Shown here: positions 49,305 through 61,900 of the stretch, piece by piece
Layout: each line of letters starts with the position of its first letter
Numbering within the stretch: the stretch's first letter is position 1
NCBI GenBank assembly: GCA_965113315.1
Contig: OZ220369.1
Strand: one strand, 5' to 3'
Length of the DNA: 64,000 nucleotides
DNA from: Podarcis vaucheri
Taxonomy: Eukaryota
Notes under the pieces: model-generated
The model's database searches: none
What the model was told of the DNA's origin: nothing
What the model saw: only the letters and a program-made list of their open reading frames with translations
Program-made: the position numbers and the translations under genes

Positions 49305-49719
49305 CTGTATTTTTCGCCCCATAGGACGCACTTTCCCCCCTCCAAAAATGAAGGGGAAATGTGTGTGCGTCCTATGGGGTGAATGCAGGCTTTCACTGAA
49401 GCCTGGAGAGCGAGAGGCATCGGTGCGCACTGACCCCTCTCGCTCTCCAGGCTTCAGGAAGCTATCCGCAAGCCCGGTGGGAGTTCCAGCGGGCTCACAA
49501 GGCTTGTGGGCAGCAGCCTGCAGCCCGGAGGGCGCCCCGTGCTTCGGGCGGGTGTCCGCAAGCCTCGCACGCCCGGCGGGAGCGAGGCTTGGGGCGGTAG
49601 CCTGCCGCCCGAAGCGCGGGGAGCCCTCCAGAGCGTAATAATTTTTTTTATTCATTCCCCCCCCAAAAGACGAGGTGCGTCCTATGGGCCTGGTGTGCCC
49701 TATAGGACGAAAAATACGG
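49305..49719. mobile_element. Tc1/mariner (Tigger/pogo-like) MITE, CpG-rich
   Basis: TIRs ctgtatttttcgccccatagg / cctataggacgaaaaatacgg; TA TSD; internal hairpin gaagcctggagagcgagagg...cctctcgctctccaggcttc. Confidence 0.88.
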
Positions 49720-49960
49720 TAAATCATGAGCAAGACTAAACCTTAAGGACATAATAATTGCATTGCTGGTTAAGACCCTAATGCTTGGCCAGGTCATCTC
49801 TCTAAATCCAACTGTGGCACACTGGTTTGGTTCAAACATAACACAGGCCAAGCCGTGGTTTGTTTGGTAAAAGTGTGGTTTGTTTGACTGTCCAAAGCCA
49901 ATCCAGCAAACTAACCAGCGTTTCTTTTCTGGAAACAAAAACTGGTGTGAAGTTCTTGAC

Positions 49961-50096
49961 CAGGCATAGGCAAACTCGGCCCTCGAGATGTTTTGGGACT
50001 ATAACTCCCACCATCCCTGACCACTAGTCCTGTTAGCTAGGGATGATGGGAGTTGTAGTCCCAAAACATCTGGAGGACTGAGTTTGCCCACGCCTG
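49961..50096. mobile_element. Palindromic hAT MITE, same family as 34718-34853
   Basis: caggcataggcaaactc...gagtttgcccacgcctg; TSD ttcttgac / ctcttgac. Confidence 0.9.
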
Positions 50097-50306
50097 CTCT
50101 TGACTCACAAACTATGGATTGCTATGCTGATGCTTTGGTGCTATTGCTTGCTTAACCACGGCCTGTGCGTCCCCAGGCTACAGGGACAACACAAGAACAG
50201 GTGGGAAAGAAACCAAGCTCAGGAGGAACAAGCACCGTGGTTTGTTTTGCTTGTATGTGAGATGATGTGCAGCTTGTTTGACAAACCCTGGCTGTGTAGT
50301 GCTTTA

Positions 50307-50535
50307 CAGTGGTATCTCGGGTTAAGTACCGGTACTTAATTCGTTCCGGAGGTCCGTACTTAACCTGAAACAGTTCTTAACCTGAAGCACCACTTTAGCT
50401 AATGGGGCCTCCTGCTGCCGCTGTGCCACCAGAGCCCAATTTCTGTTCTCATCCTGAAGCAAAGTTCTTAACCTGAAGCACTATTTCTGGGTTAGCGTAT
50501 GTAACCTGAAGCGTATGTAACCCAAGGTACCACTG
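50307..50535 (-). mobile_element. Tc1/mariner MITE, copy D (same orientation as C/E)
   Basis: cagtggtatctcgggttaag...taacccaaggtaccactg; flanks TA / CA. Confidence 0.88.
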
Positions 50536-50665
50536 CATTGTATTTTTATATATTTTATATATGTTGTAACCCACCCAGAGTGCCTGGAGCAACCCAGTTA
50601 GATGGGCGGGGTACAAATAATAAAATAATAATTATTATTATTCAAACAAAATGCTGATCTTCATA

Positions 50666-50838
50666 CAGTGCTTTTTTCTAAAAAAATGTTTAGGGGTACT
50701 CTCATTTTGACTCCAGAAAATCACCATTTTATAGTTCAAATCGGGGAAAATAAATACAGTAAATGGACCAAAGTACAAAGATTCACAAAATGTTTAGGGG
50801 TATGTGTACCCCTGCATCCTCCCAGAAAAAAAGCACTC
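50666..50838. mobile_element. Probable hAT-type MITE
   Basis: TIRs cagtgcttttttct / agaaaaaaagcact; internal tgtttaggggta repeats; TSD not recognisable. Confidence 0.55.
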
Positions 50839-50959
50839 TCTCTCTGTCTCGATGGCAGGAGTCAGCTGTGGATCAGCCTCACCCTGGCAAAAAACCCTTC
50901 ATGATCATTGTATATAGGAGCAAATTAATTTTATTGCCCCATGTGAGGATCAAATTAAT

Positions 50960-51167
50960 TATATTTATTATTGAATTACATCCTACTTTTTCTCCAAGAA
51001 ACTCATGGTGCTGGACATTATTGTCTCCCTCTCTATTTTTATCCTCACCATCACCCTTTGAGGGATCTTAGGAGTGACGAACTGAAGGTGAGATTCATGG
51101 CTGTGTGGGGATTTGAACCCTGGTCTCCCAAGTCATAATCCAACACTCTAACCACTACACCACACTA
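50960..51167 (-). mobile_element. Squamate tRNA-derived SINE (Squam-type)
   Basis: Reverse complement begins agtgtggtgtagtggttagagtgttgg...gggttcaaatcccc. Confidence 0.8.
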
Positions 51168-51869
51168 GTTTTCTAATGACCTCTGGGTTATAATCCTGAT
51201 GTGCTGCTTGCTGCACTAATGCTCATGCTTTTTGCCCTGGTGTGAACATCACTTAGACAATTACTAATCAAGGATTAGGAAATGAAGAGAAAATTAAAAA
51301 TGTCAGCTTGCATTACAAGCAGATTTCCAGGGGGAGAGTGGTGTAAATGGAATGGACGGCTGGCGATCCCGCCTGGCTGCATACAAAGCAGGGCTGTAAT
51401 GCAGTTCAGCGAGAATTTTAATTGCACAATTATCACAATATCAAATATTTTCGAACTGATTACATCAACGCGAAAAGAAAAAAATAAATTATCTTTGTTT
51501 TTACTCAACTGTCCTTTGGGCACTCTGTGCTCTCTCCCCCCCCCCCATGCACGATTTTCTTGACGGTTAAAAAGGTATGGTATTCTAAAGGCAATTGCAA
51601 AAACCTCAGATGCAAAAGGGCAATTTTGTAAAGATCTATAGATAGAGATGCACAGTCTCGCAAACAGAGAGTCTGAGGATAAGACCTGCACTCTAAAGGT
51701 GGACAGCCAGGTGGTGGTGGTGTTACCTGTGTTACCTGTAGTCCTCCAAGTGAATGTTAAACTACAATTGTAGGACTAAAGACCTAAAGAACTCTGGACC
51801 AATGACATGAAAGCCTGGCTTTCGCTCCACTGCCTGGGATTAAGACCAACAAATGGAACCCAGATAGTC

Positions 51870-52560
51870 TTACTACAAAGTGATGATTATTGGCTTGTGG
51901 TCTATAGAAATGCTCTCTCTACCAGCTCTCTGTCCATTTGGTAGTGGGGAGATCTGGAGTGTGTGTTTCTGGCACTAGGGCTCTCTGTCCATTTGGTAGT
52001 GGGGAGATCTGGAGTGTGTGCTTCTGGCACTAGGGCAAACAGGACAAATTATGGGTTCTGCTGATTTACTGCCTGCCTCACAGTCTCCCTGCCTGAGCTG
52101 GTCTCGTGAGGTGGTGTTGAGGACTCCCAGGCTGCTGGTTATGGGGAATTCAACATCCCTGCCTAGGTGACTGGTTCTGGGTTGGCTCAGGACTTCATGG
52201 CTGCCATGACAACCATGGGGCTGTCCCAATAGGTCATCACTGGACCTTGTTTTCTCAACTAGGCAGGAAGAGGGTGCTCTGAACGAGGGGGATATTGTCG
52301 TGGTCAGATTGCTTCCTGTTGAGATTTAGGCTTTCAGCACCTTTCCTCCTCAGCAGAGGTGGAGGACCTATTAGCATGGTCTCCCCTGAAAGGCTGATGG
52401 CTTCAATGAGTTTCCAGGAGACTCTGGGAGATTCTCTGGCTGATATTACCAGTGCTCCTGTCAAAGCCTGGCTGACCTCTGGGACATTTGAATGGCTCGG
52501 GTCATTGATACGATCGCCCTAGAGTGCCCACTCCCCCTATGTGGAGCCCACTTGACTCCC
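51870..52560 (+). mobile_element. Decayed LINE (L2-like) endonuclease-region fragment
   Basis: ctgctggttatggggaattcaacatc reads LLVMG(x)FNI, a frameshifted GDFN APE motif; ctggaccttgttttc reads LDLVF. Confidence 0.6.
51925..52034. repeat. 55-bp tandem duplication (2 copies, 1 mismatch)
   Basis: gctctctgtccatttggtagtggggagatctggagtgtgtg(t/c)ttctggcactagg twice. Confidence 0.95.
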
Positions 52561-53000
52561 TGATATATTCCTCAAATGTAATAACTTGGCTTATTTTAGC
52601 ACCAGCAAATCCAATGTGAGCTGGGTGGAGTGGGGAGAACCTGCCTGTCACTTATCTACACTAAGAGGATGCTTTTCATATATATATAATAAGTTAATCA
52701 ATTAATCACCGATTAAATATGTGTGAAGGAACTTAAGTACTGATGGCACCATTCAACCATCCATGCATGTCTCTTTATTCTGCTGGGCTGTTAGAGAGTC
52801 TTCTGAAAATCATATCGAACTTCCATTTCCTTCTTTCCAGAACTATTGATCAGCAAGACGTTATTTTTATTGAACCAACTTGGCGGTTTAATGATGACAC
52901 TGCGGAGTTCCGCTGAGCTTTTTGCCAGGAAAACTATGAAAAAGGTGGCCTGTCAAGAGCCAAGATGCACAGTCAGCCAACCCCAACCTGGTGCCCTCCA

Positions 53001-53155
53001 CATAGCTGTCAACCATCCCTTTTTTTGTGGGAAATTCCCTTATTCCAGCGCCGTTTCCCGCTGCTATCCCAGATTGTTAGACATCCCGTAGACTGTCCCT
53101 GGGACAGGTGAGGCTGCTGATCCCTTATTTTCAAATCTGAAAGTTGACAGTTATG
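53001..53155. mobile_element. Short hAT MITE, same TIR family as 41719-42317, opposite orientation
   Basis: catagctgtcaac / gttgacagttatg; perfect 8-bp TSD GCCCTCCA. Confidence 0.88.
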
Positions 53156-53914
53156 GCCCTCCAATTGATATGGCCTTCCACATCCACCAGGTATAGCCAG
53201 TGAGCAATGTGGAAGCAACCCCCACCCATGATATCCTCACAGATTAAAAGGCCCCAGATTGTTTAATAAGCCTGGGAGAAGAGGAATTTTTTGCCTGGCG
53301 CCTAAAGATATGTAACGAAGGCGCCAGATGAACCTCCCTGGGGAGAGCATTCCACAAGCAGAAAATAACAACAACATGGGAACACAGCCAGAAGTTTTAG
53401 AGTAAAAGGGCGAAAGCCATGCAGAGCAAATTTCACTTATCCAGAGGCATCTCTTATCTGGACATGGCTTCTAACCTGAAGTGTTCTCTCCCCCCCCCCC
53501 CACCCCTTCGCCACCCCACAGTCTCTTTTTCAAAAGGTCAGGTTCATGCTTCTGATTAAATATTAGCAAGGAAGAAGCAACATCAGCAGAGCTGTGAACT
53601 CTGAGAGAAAGAGTGAAAAACGCGACATTAGTGGGCAAGATGAAGCTGTAACAAATAGGCTTACTGCAGGAGGAAAATCCTACAGTGAACATTAAGGCAC
53701 CATGAAGCAGAACAAACCACTTCAAGTGTGACTCGGAGAGAGAATAGGCTTTGTCCAAAAGGGGCCTCTCCCACACCTTTGCATGCAAGAGAGAGGGAAA
53801 GCAGTCAAAGTGAGGAGAAAGAGGTTGTGGGGAAGTATCATTTCGTGTGTCCTGTTTGCACCTGACCCCTTTCAGTGAAGTGAACTTTGTTAAATTAGAG
53901 TAAGGATGGTCTGC

Positions 53915-54310
53915 AGGCAAACGGCAACCAAAATGGCCAAGGGGATGAATCACCTCCCCCATGAGGAAAGATTGCAGCATTTGGGGCTTTTTAGTTTAGA
54001 GAAAAGGTGAATAAGAGGCAACATGATAGAAGTTTATGAAATTATACGTGAATAGAGAAATGTTTTTCTCCCTGTCTCATAATGCTATAACTTGGGGACA
54101 TCCAATGAAGATGAACATTGGAAGATTCAAGACTGATAAAAGAGAGTTCTCTACGCAATATACATGGTTAATCTATGGAACTCATCTCCACAGGAGGCAG
54201 TGATGGCCACTGACCTAGAGGATCAAGCAAATTCATAGCCACAATGGCTACGCTGACTCCACTTCAGAGGCATTATGCCGCTGAGTAACTAACAGTTGCT
54301 GGAAACCATA
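53915..54310 (+). mobile_element. CR1 LINE 3' fragment, decayed
   Basis: gggctttttagtttagagaaaagg (GLFSLEKR), atgatagaagtttatgaaatt (MIEVYEI), ctatggaactca...caggaggcagtg. Confidence 0.75.
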
Positions 54311-54645
54311 GGCAAAAATAAAAATAAAAAGCCATGGCTTGTTTGCTTGCCTGTGAGATGACACATTGCTTGTTGAACTAAACCATGGTTAAGGTTATGT
54401 GTGTGCACAGTCGAAGCCAAATCAAATGCATCCACCAAGAAGACCCACATTCAATGCTATGGGCCTTACTTCACCCTCAAGATGCATGCCAGTTTAGCCA
54501 TGGGGCTTTCTTCCTAAAATATCTGTGGTTAAATAAAGCAGAGTTTATTGAATGCTTCTAAATGTCTTTCTGAAGTGACTTGAGCTTGATAGTGATACTG
54601 ATACAACTCAATGGGAAATGGAAAATGAAGACTGGGGCGGCTTAC

Positions 54646-54714
54646 CTGCCACAGATGCAGGTATAGGAAGTGTGTCGCATGCCGCCGCGTTTGTAGCAGT
54701 AGTGCTGAAACAGG
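54646..54714 (-). CDS. PEPD: Prolidase exon 10 (69 nt): (S)[22 protein letters not shown](S)
   Basis: cttctgtctcctttgttttgcag|C ... GGCAG|gtaagc; matches human [24 protein letters not shown]; phase 2/2; frame continues into exon 11. Confidence 0.97.
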
Positions 54715-54985
54715 CTGCAAAACAAAGGAGACAGAAGTTAATCAATTGTTGAGGACCAAACAAAAAAAGCAATGAACAATGCAACATTTAAAGAAGGACT
54801 TATTTGTTCTTGGCTCAGACATCAACCCATCATCCCATCTCCATTTTGAGCTCGCTTTGTGCCTGAAGAAAATGGTAGAGAAAGAACTAGAAGAAGAATT
54901 GCAAAGAAAGTCTATTTAAGCTCCAGCGGGAGCAAACCCACCCCCTAATTTTCAAAATTTACCTGTCACTGGAGCTAAACAATTA

Positions 54986-55228
54986 CAGTGGTACCTCGGG
55001 TTAAGTACTTAATTCGTTCCGGAGGTCCGTTCTTAACCTGAAACTGTTCTTAACCTGAAGCACCACTTTAGCTAATGGGGCCTCCCACTGCTGCCGCGCC
55101 GCCAAGAGCACGATTTTTGTTCTCATCCTGAAGCAAAGATCTTAACCTGAAGCACTATTTCTGGGTTAGCGGAGTCTGTAACCTGAAGCGTATGTAACCT
55201 GAAGTGTATGTAACCCGAGGTACCACTG
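54986..55228 (-). mobile_element. Tc1/mariner MITE, copy E
   Basis: Perfect TIRs and TA TSD; by eye about 95% identical to the reverse complement of copy B. Confidence 0.92.
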
Positions 55229-58200
55229 TAACAATTCAAGAGATGACCAAAAGCTGACCGTTCCCCCCACCCCACCCCCAGGTTGTTGCTTTGCTTTGTA
55301 AAGTAAGAAGCTCCCTCCTTCTCCCTCTTTTTGTTCCCAAACCCTGGAAGTTTCTTTGACCACAGGTGAGAGTGGGAGGAAAGGGGAAGTTGCAGGAGTC
55401 CGTTGCAGGAAGCAACATCTCTCTCAAAAGACTTCCTGAAGCAAAGAACGGCCCGTCTCTTCACGTGACGATAAAGGGATCCTGCAGGAGGAGCTCTTCC
55501 GCCTTCCCAAGAGCTCCAGCATCCCCTAGGACATGATGGATGCTCTGCCATCAGGCAAGGACAGATGCACCCAAAGTACAATTAATATAGGATTAACTGC
55601 TTTAAGAGTCAAGCACATATTAGAGCCCCTTTCAGTCTTGGTGAAATATACTCTAATTACAATCCAATTCCCTTTTAATACTGAAAGGATTGGGGGGAGG
55701 GGGGGAAGACCTCATTTGTTGTAATATTAAAATCATTTCATTAACAAGGAGTGATAATGGAACCCATTCAGATTTCAGAGACGTTCGCAAGCCTTTGGCA
55801 GCTGCTGCGACAAATGCAAGCTATTAGACGGACATTTAAGATATTGCTTTAGCTACACACCCGGTTAGATATATCTAACCGCTTAATGAGACATTAGGAT
55901 GGACAGTCCCAACACTATTATGCACATATCAAGGAGATGAATGTGCCACATTTCACAGGTTGCTGAACCTCACAAACGTTTTTTGGGGAAACCTGACAGG
56001 CATCTGCCCAGGATGTTATAGGCAAAGCATGCTGTGCTTCTAGATAAACTTTCTGTTACAGGATCACAGCCATGAACAGCCGGGTCCAAAAGGAGCACTG
56101 CTAAGATATCATTAATCAACAAAACTCTGCAATAGGAATGAAAAGAAAATGGAAACACCATCAGAAGGAAAACAGGAACTGGAAGCTACTAGATACCTTA
56201 TTAATATTAATAACACCCATAATTAAAAAGTAGTAGTGCTTCCGACATGTCTCCTTAGCAACACAAAGGAAGAAAAGTTCACCCTGGCTATATCTGACCA
56301 ATAGCCAATGTGTGCTGAGGGTGACACCCCTTAGTACTGGAAGGTTATACTGATTAACTTAAAAGGAGAGTCCAATTTTTATACAGGCTCTCCCTACGAT
56401 TCCTAATCATTTCCTTGGAAGAGGCAGGAGTTAGGAAAATGAAAGCATTTCATAAGTCTACCAGAGATACGTATTCCAAAAATAATAGTAATAATAACAA
56501 TAAATCAAAGGAAGTTATCATGGTGAGTAGCCTGGCTCAGATAATGTGCTACAAATGGAAACAGCTAGCTAAATTTAGAGCCCAGATCTTAAGAAAACTC
56601 CAGAGATCAATTTGGAGCAAGCGTGTCAACAAGTTAAGCTCTTAACAAGCATTTGGGTCGACAGTGCAATGCTTCAAAAGTGCGAGGTGCCACAAAGGAT
56701 GTTCTGATGTATTTTAGAAGCATGTTAAAATTAAGGGCATCTTACAGTACAAGGAACATTTGGCAACCTTGAACTTAAAAATATTAAAATCTGAATGATT
56801 TTTCCTGGTATTCTCATGGTGAACCAGCTCTGAAGACACGAGCTATGATAGCCATAGTATGATGGGGAGACTTAATGTATTTGCTTCTGAACAGCACACT
56901 TATAAGCACCCTCCTTTGTGGCCCAGTGGAAATCTAATGTCCTTGGATCGTCTGAATATTTGTTTGATGGTTGTTCTCCCACCTCATGTGAAAATCCTGT
57001 CCCTCTTACACCCTCGGAGGTCACCATGGCCTTTATCCGGGTGTTATAGAAGCGTAGGGCTGATGAGCCTGCTGGCTGTTCACCTCCATCACCACCACCC
57101 TCTGGGAGTTGAAATGCAACTGCCTGGAGCAGAGAAATCTCTTGCACTTCTGTGATGTCAAACCATGGAAAACTGGGGAGCAGTGAGGGAGCTCGCAAGA
57201 GCAGAGGTTGGCTCCTCATGTCACACAGTTACTCTCCAACTTGCGGAGCATGAAGTCAGCACACTCATACCAGTAAGCACCCCTCAGACATGCAATTTCC
57301 ACATTCCAGTAGGGCTCACATTACAGCATTTGGTCCTGCACTGGTGTTAACAGCAGCCACTGTTCTGATATACCCAGGGCTTACATGACAGTGCCCAACC
57401 TCAACTACAAGCTTGATCATAAATCCAACAACGGCTAGAATAAGCTGGATGCAGATTTAAGTCAGCTCTAAAAGAGGAAGAGGGGGGATTTACACATAAG
57501 ACAAAAAAATATGAGGGGGAGAAATGCAGGACTCAGCCACATGTTCTGCATGGCCCAATTCATGAGTCACACTAAGCCATAGTTGGTTTTGCCTATGTGG
57601 TTTTTCTTAACTTTTGGACCCAGCCAAGCAGACTAACCATGGTTTCTTGTTAGCTTGTAAACCATGGCATGCTTTAACTATGGTTTGGCATTCTGTCCAA
57701 ACCCAACAGCCTTGCTTAACCATGGTTTGTTTGACCAGCCCAAGAAATCCCCAAGCCAAGGAGGCCTGAGTGGCTGGGAGACAAACTACAAACCACAGCT
57801 TAGCCAATGTCCCATCCACAATTTTATGTCTGTACTGGCCTACGTGAAAGATGGTCAGCAATTATAGGGAAACTGTTGTTAAAGCAGGGATGGTACATAA
57901 ACCTTCAAACCCAAGCAGTAGAAACCAATGCAATTTCCCCTTCTTTACTACAAAACACACAGAAACTGGAGAGACATTCTCTGAGAGACAAAGCTTAATT
58001 GGAAAACGGACAGGTGCCACAGGGGGGTGGGGGAAGAATGGCAGCTTGGAGTTAATAAATTAAAAGGAAAACAAAACACATCCCAGGGACATCTATCAAG
58101 GGTGATTTACGGACAACAAAACCAACAGATCGTTTAAGCTTAAGAGAGGGGAGAGGTGGGTGAGGCATAATTGGCATTTTAATTGTGTAAGGGGATTGTA

Positions 58201-58814
58201 AATCATCTTCCCTAGTCAAACAGCAAGATCCCCCAATACCACAGATAGCATCACTTGATGGATCCTTCCATCAGTTCAGCCCTTGCCAACTTGGTTCCTT
58301 CCATATGTTTTGGCTGATGGGGGCTGTAGTCCAAAACAGCTGGAGGTCACTTAAGTTGCCAAAGGCTGCAGTGACATTCTCTCATCCATCCAGGTGGGTA
58401 TATTCCAAACTAGAGTGTTTAGTAAAGTGGGTGTACTGTCTGCCAATGTGTGGGGTGCTAAAATGAGCCACAGCAGGAGTATGTCTCCAAATATATTGGT
58501 CACCTTGTTGGCTTGCATGAAAAGGTGGGTTTAGGGGGCATCGCTTCCCCGCAAAAAAATCACAGATAGGTGAGTAAACAAGTGCATTGTCCACATACTG
58601 GCACGGAATATGAGCAGAAGACAGTAGAAAACAGGTTGGCATTTAAGCAGAAGGTAAGCTGGCATCCTTGCTACTTGACGTCATTTATCCGGGTACCAAA
58701 AGGAAACTGTGGGTGGAAATTGGTCTTGGACGTACCCTCCAAATGCACAGCTAATAATAAACTGCAAGGAAGAATGCCCTGTCTTGGTTTAAGCAGGGGT
58801 AGCTTACAGGTTTC

Positions 58815-58975
58815 ATAATGGTGAGTGTGTCAGACTAAGACCTGGGAGATGAGGGTTTGAATCTCTACTTAGCCATGTAGCTGCTCTCTGGGTGACTTTG
58901 GGCCAGTCACTGTCTCTCGGCCTAACCCACCTCACAGGGTTGTTGTGAGGATTAAATGAGGAGGAGAACCATGTT
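58815..58975 (+). mobile_element. Squamate tRNA-derived SINE (Squam-type)
   Basis: cataatggtgagtgtgtc...gggtttgaatctc...cctaacccacctcacagggttgttgtgagg. Confidence 0.78.
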
Positions 58976-61900
58976 GGCTAACTGTGGCTTAAACGATCAC
59001 CGGGAGAGTCAGAAATCTACTTTGGAGGAAGAAGACCTATGATCCTTTAAGTTGCGAGGCAGAATCGGCTCTCTGAGGACATGATTCATCTGAGTCCCTT
59101 CCCCTACCCCTGCAAGACATTTTTTCCATAGGTTTCTGCTTGTTATATAGCAATGACACAGAACCACAAATACTAGCACAATACCACAATTTCACACGCA
59201 ATTGAAATAATATGAAATAAGAGTGAGACCACACCAAAAGGTCTTAAGACCCACAGCTCTGCTTCATTATTAGTTTTTAAATACTGTAATTTTGGATCTC
59301 AATTGGCATATTTTATACTGGTTTTTTTGTTTATTCATAACTATTTATTAACGTGTAATTAATGAGGTTTAAATCCTTTGATGACAGAATGATTAAATTG
59401 TATGTTAACTAATCCCTCTTTTAATTATGATGCTGCCAGGAACCCATTCGTGGATATATATAAAAAGGAGACATTTATAGGCACCCATTCTTTAAATAAG
59501 CAGTATGTTAAGCCAATAATTAGAAGAAATAGTGATTTCAATTATATTTTAATTACTGTTACACATAAAACATGCCTTAATAGTTGTAGCATAATACATA
59601 CTCTCTCTTTATGAATCACTAGTCATTCCTTTTGGGGTGTGATCCAAATAAAGGCATTTTAATACCCATATGCACTGATACAGATGAATGCAGTGAATCT
59701 TGTCAGCTTTGCCCGCTGCAATGGATAAAAGATACTTAATCCTCAATCCAAGCTGCTTCTCAAAGCAAGCCATTCTCTTACAGCACCAGAACCCAGAGCC
59801 ATTCAATGCAGCTGAATGTTGGAAAATGCAGGAAAGACAAAATAACTTTTCTTCATGCAGCACATAGTTAAACTATGAGATCCACGTGGAGGAACAGTTT
59901 GCAAACCTGCTTGAAATCCTGATTTTAAGCCCTGGTTTAAAATTAACCACGGCTAGGTTCAGTGCAGATAGGAAGCTGCCTTGTCCCAAGTCAGACATTT
60001 ATGTATTTATTTCATAAAGATTCATATGCCACTTGATTGTAGAAAAAACAACAACCTCAAAGACGCCTGGCCTATCTAGCTCAGTACTATCTATTCCATA
60101 GGTAGCCACTGTTGGACTACAACTCCCATCATATTTGACCACTGGCCACGCTTCTGGGGCTGATGGGAGTTGTAGTCCAACACCATCTGGATGGCACCAC
60201 ATTGGCTACCCCTGTTATGCAGTCCGGAAGCAGCGCTCCATGGTTTCAGACAGCGATCTTTCCCAGCCCTGCATGGAGATGCATGCAAAGGAGGTGCCTC
60301 TAGCTACAGGTCCATCTCTAATGCAACACAAATGCTGCAAAAGGAGATTTGGGAGTGTGTGCACACACAGGAGACAGGGGAGCATGAAAGAGCATGTAGC
60401 CTTGCATGAGTCATGTGGTATGCCCACTTTCTAAACCATACCCGGGAGACTGGGAAATATTGATGTCTGCATTAGGCTAGGGGAAAAGGGCAGAAAGTGC
60501 AAACCTTTTTTTTGCAAGGTGCAGCCACGGTTCAAAACAGTTTGGAGGGGGCAGTTTAGTTTGCCAAGCAGAATTCCCCAGACATAAATCTCTCTCTCTT
60601 TTGACCTCCTGCACATAATATGATGCGTATTCATGCCATGTGACAGTCCCACGCTGAGGTGAACACTGTGGGGAAGTGCCACATCACCACTGTCCTTACG
60701 GTTAGGGTTATCCCAAAATCAGGGGACCCCAGAAGTCCGCTGCTTAAGGACTGAGCCTGTCTGGGCACCTGTCTTGAGTAAAATGCCAAACAGGAATGGG
60801 TACAACCTTTTCCTATTCACTGACATTGCACTGTGGGGCAGGGAAATATGCCAGATCAGACCAGGGCTTCATCGAGTCCAGCACCCAGTTTCTAACAGCA
60901 CCTAGGAAATGGGCATCCCCAGAATGTTTCGAGGTTGCATGTATATGTACCAACTTGCCCATTTGTTAAGATCAGTGGGATGTCCCACCCAGGGTGGAGG
61001 CATGTCCCACGGTGACAGAGTGGCATATCCAGCTATGTTGGAGTACACCCATTGAAATGAAGCGGCCCAAGTTAGCCATGCCCATTTCAATAGGCCTGTT
61101 CTTAGTACTGTCTTAGTTAGATACTACCCAGGGTTTTTTCCACTGGCTGCCCCAACAAAGTCATGTACCCCATGAAGTCAGGTTCCCCTCCCTCCCTCCC
61201 TCCTTCCTCTGCCTATCTTTCGCTGACTAGTGAAGACATTTTTATTCTGGCACAGGGCGGGGGGAGAGCTAAAGCTTCCGGATGCACATATTAAAATGCA
61301 TAGCAAACTGACAGCGTAAGATTTATACTGTTTATATTTCACATCAGTCTGTGTCAATGGCAAGTTATCTGATGCATGCATGTTACTCTGGTTAACGCTA
61401 TAGACTTTGGGTAATTGGCCTGTAGGCAGCGTACACACAATAAAACTGAATTATTCTTGCAGGCTTTTGCCCTTGTTTCCTTAAAGGCTGTGCATGATTT
61501 GTAGCTTCTGGCTGTACTGTATTTTTACAAAATGTATTAAGAACATTAAGAGCGCAGGAACCAACTTCCCACCACCACTCACATAAATCCTTACCACCAC
61601 CACCACCATCTTAAAGACTGTTTCAAGGATTGCCAACTTGGAGCCCAGCAGTACCTCCTATGGTGCCTGCAAAAAGGTCTCAGTAAATATCCCCTCAAAA
61701 ATAAACAAGACTGGAGGAAGCATGCCCACCCATTTGGGGCTCTTGTTTTTTCAGACATGCCACCATTTTGTGTTATATCCACCCCACAGCAGGCATTTAT
61801 ATCACACACCCCAGAGCTGACATTTAGTGACTGATGGTGCTCGCAGGACTTTCTCAAAACTCCGAATGTACCCGCTAGTCCTCAAAACACTGGTGATCCC

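Noticed and set aside
49265-49740. AGCAAGACTAA repeated on both sides of the 49305-49719 MITE
   Set aside because: Not adjacent to the TIRs, and the element already has a canonical TA TSD.
56198-56213. 16-bp palindromes TTATTAATATTAATAA and GCCTTTTTAAAAAGGC (42674-42689)
   Set aside because: Low-complexity A/T runs make these likely by chance.
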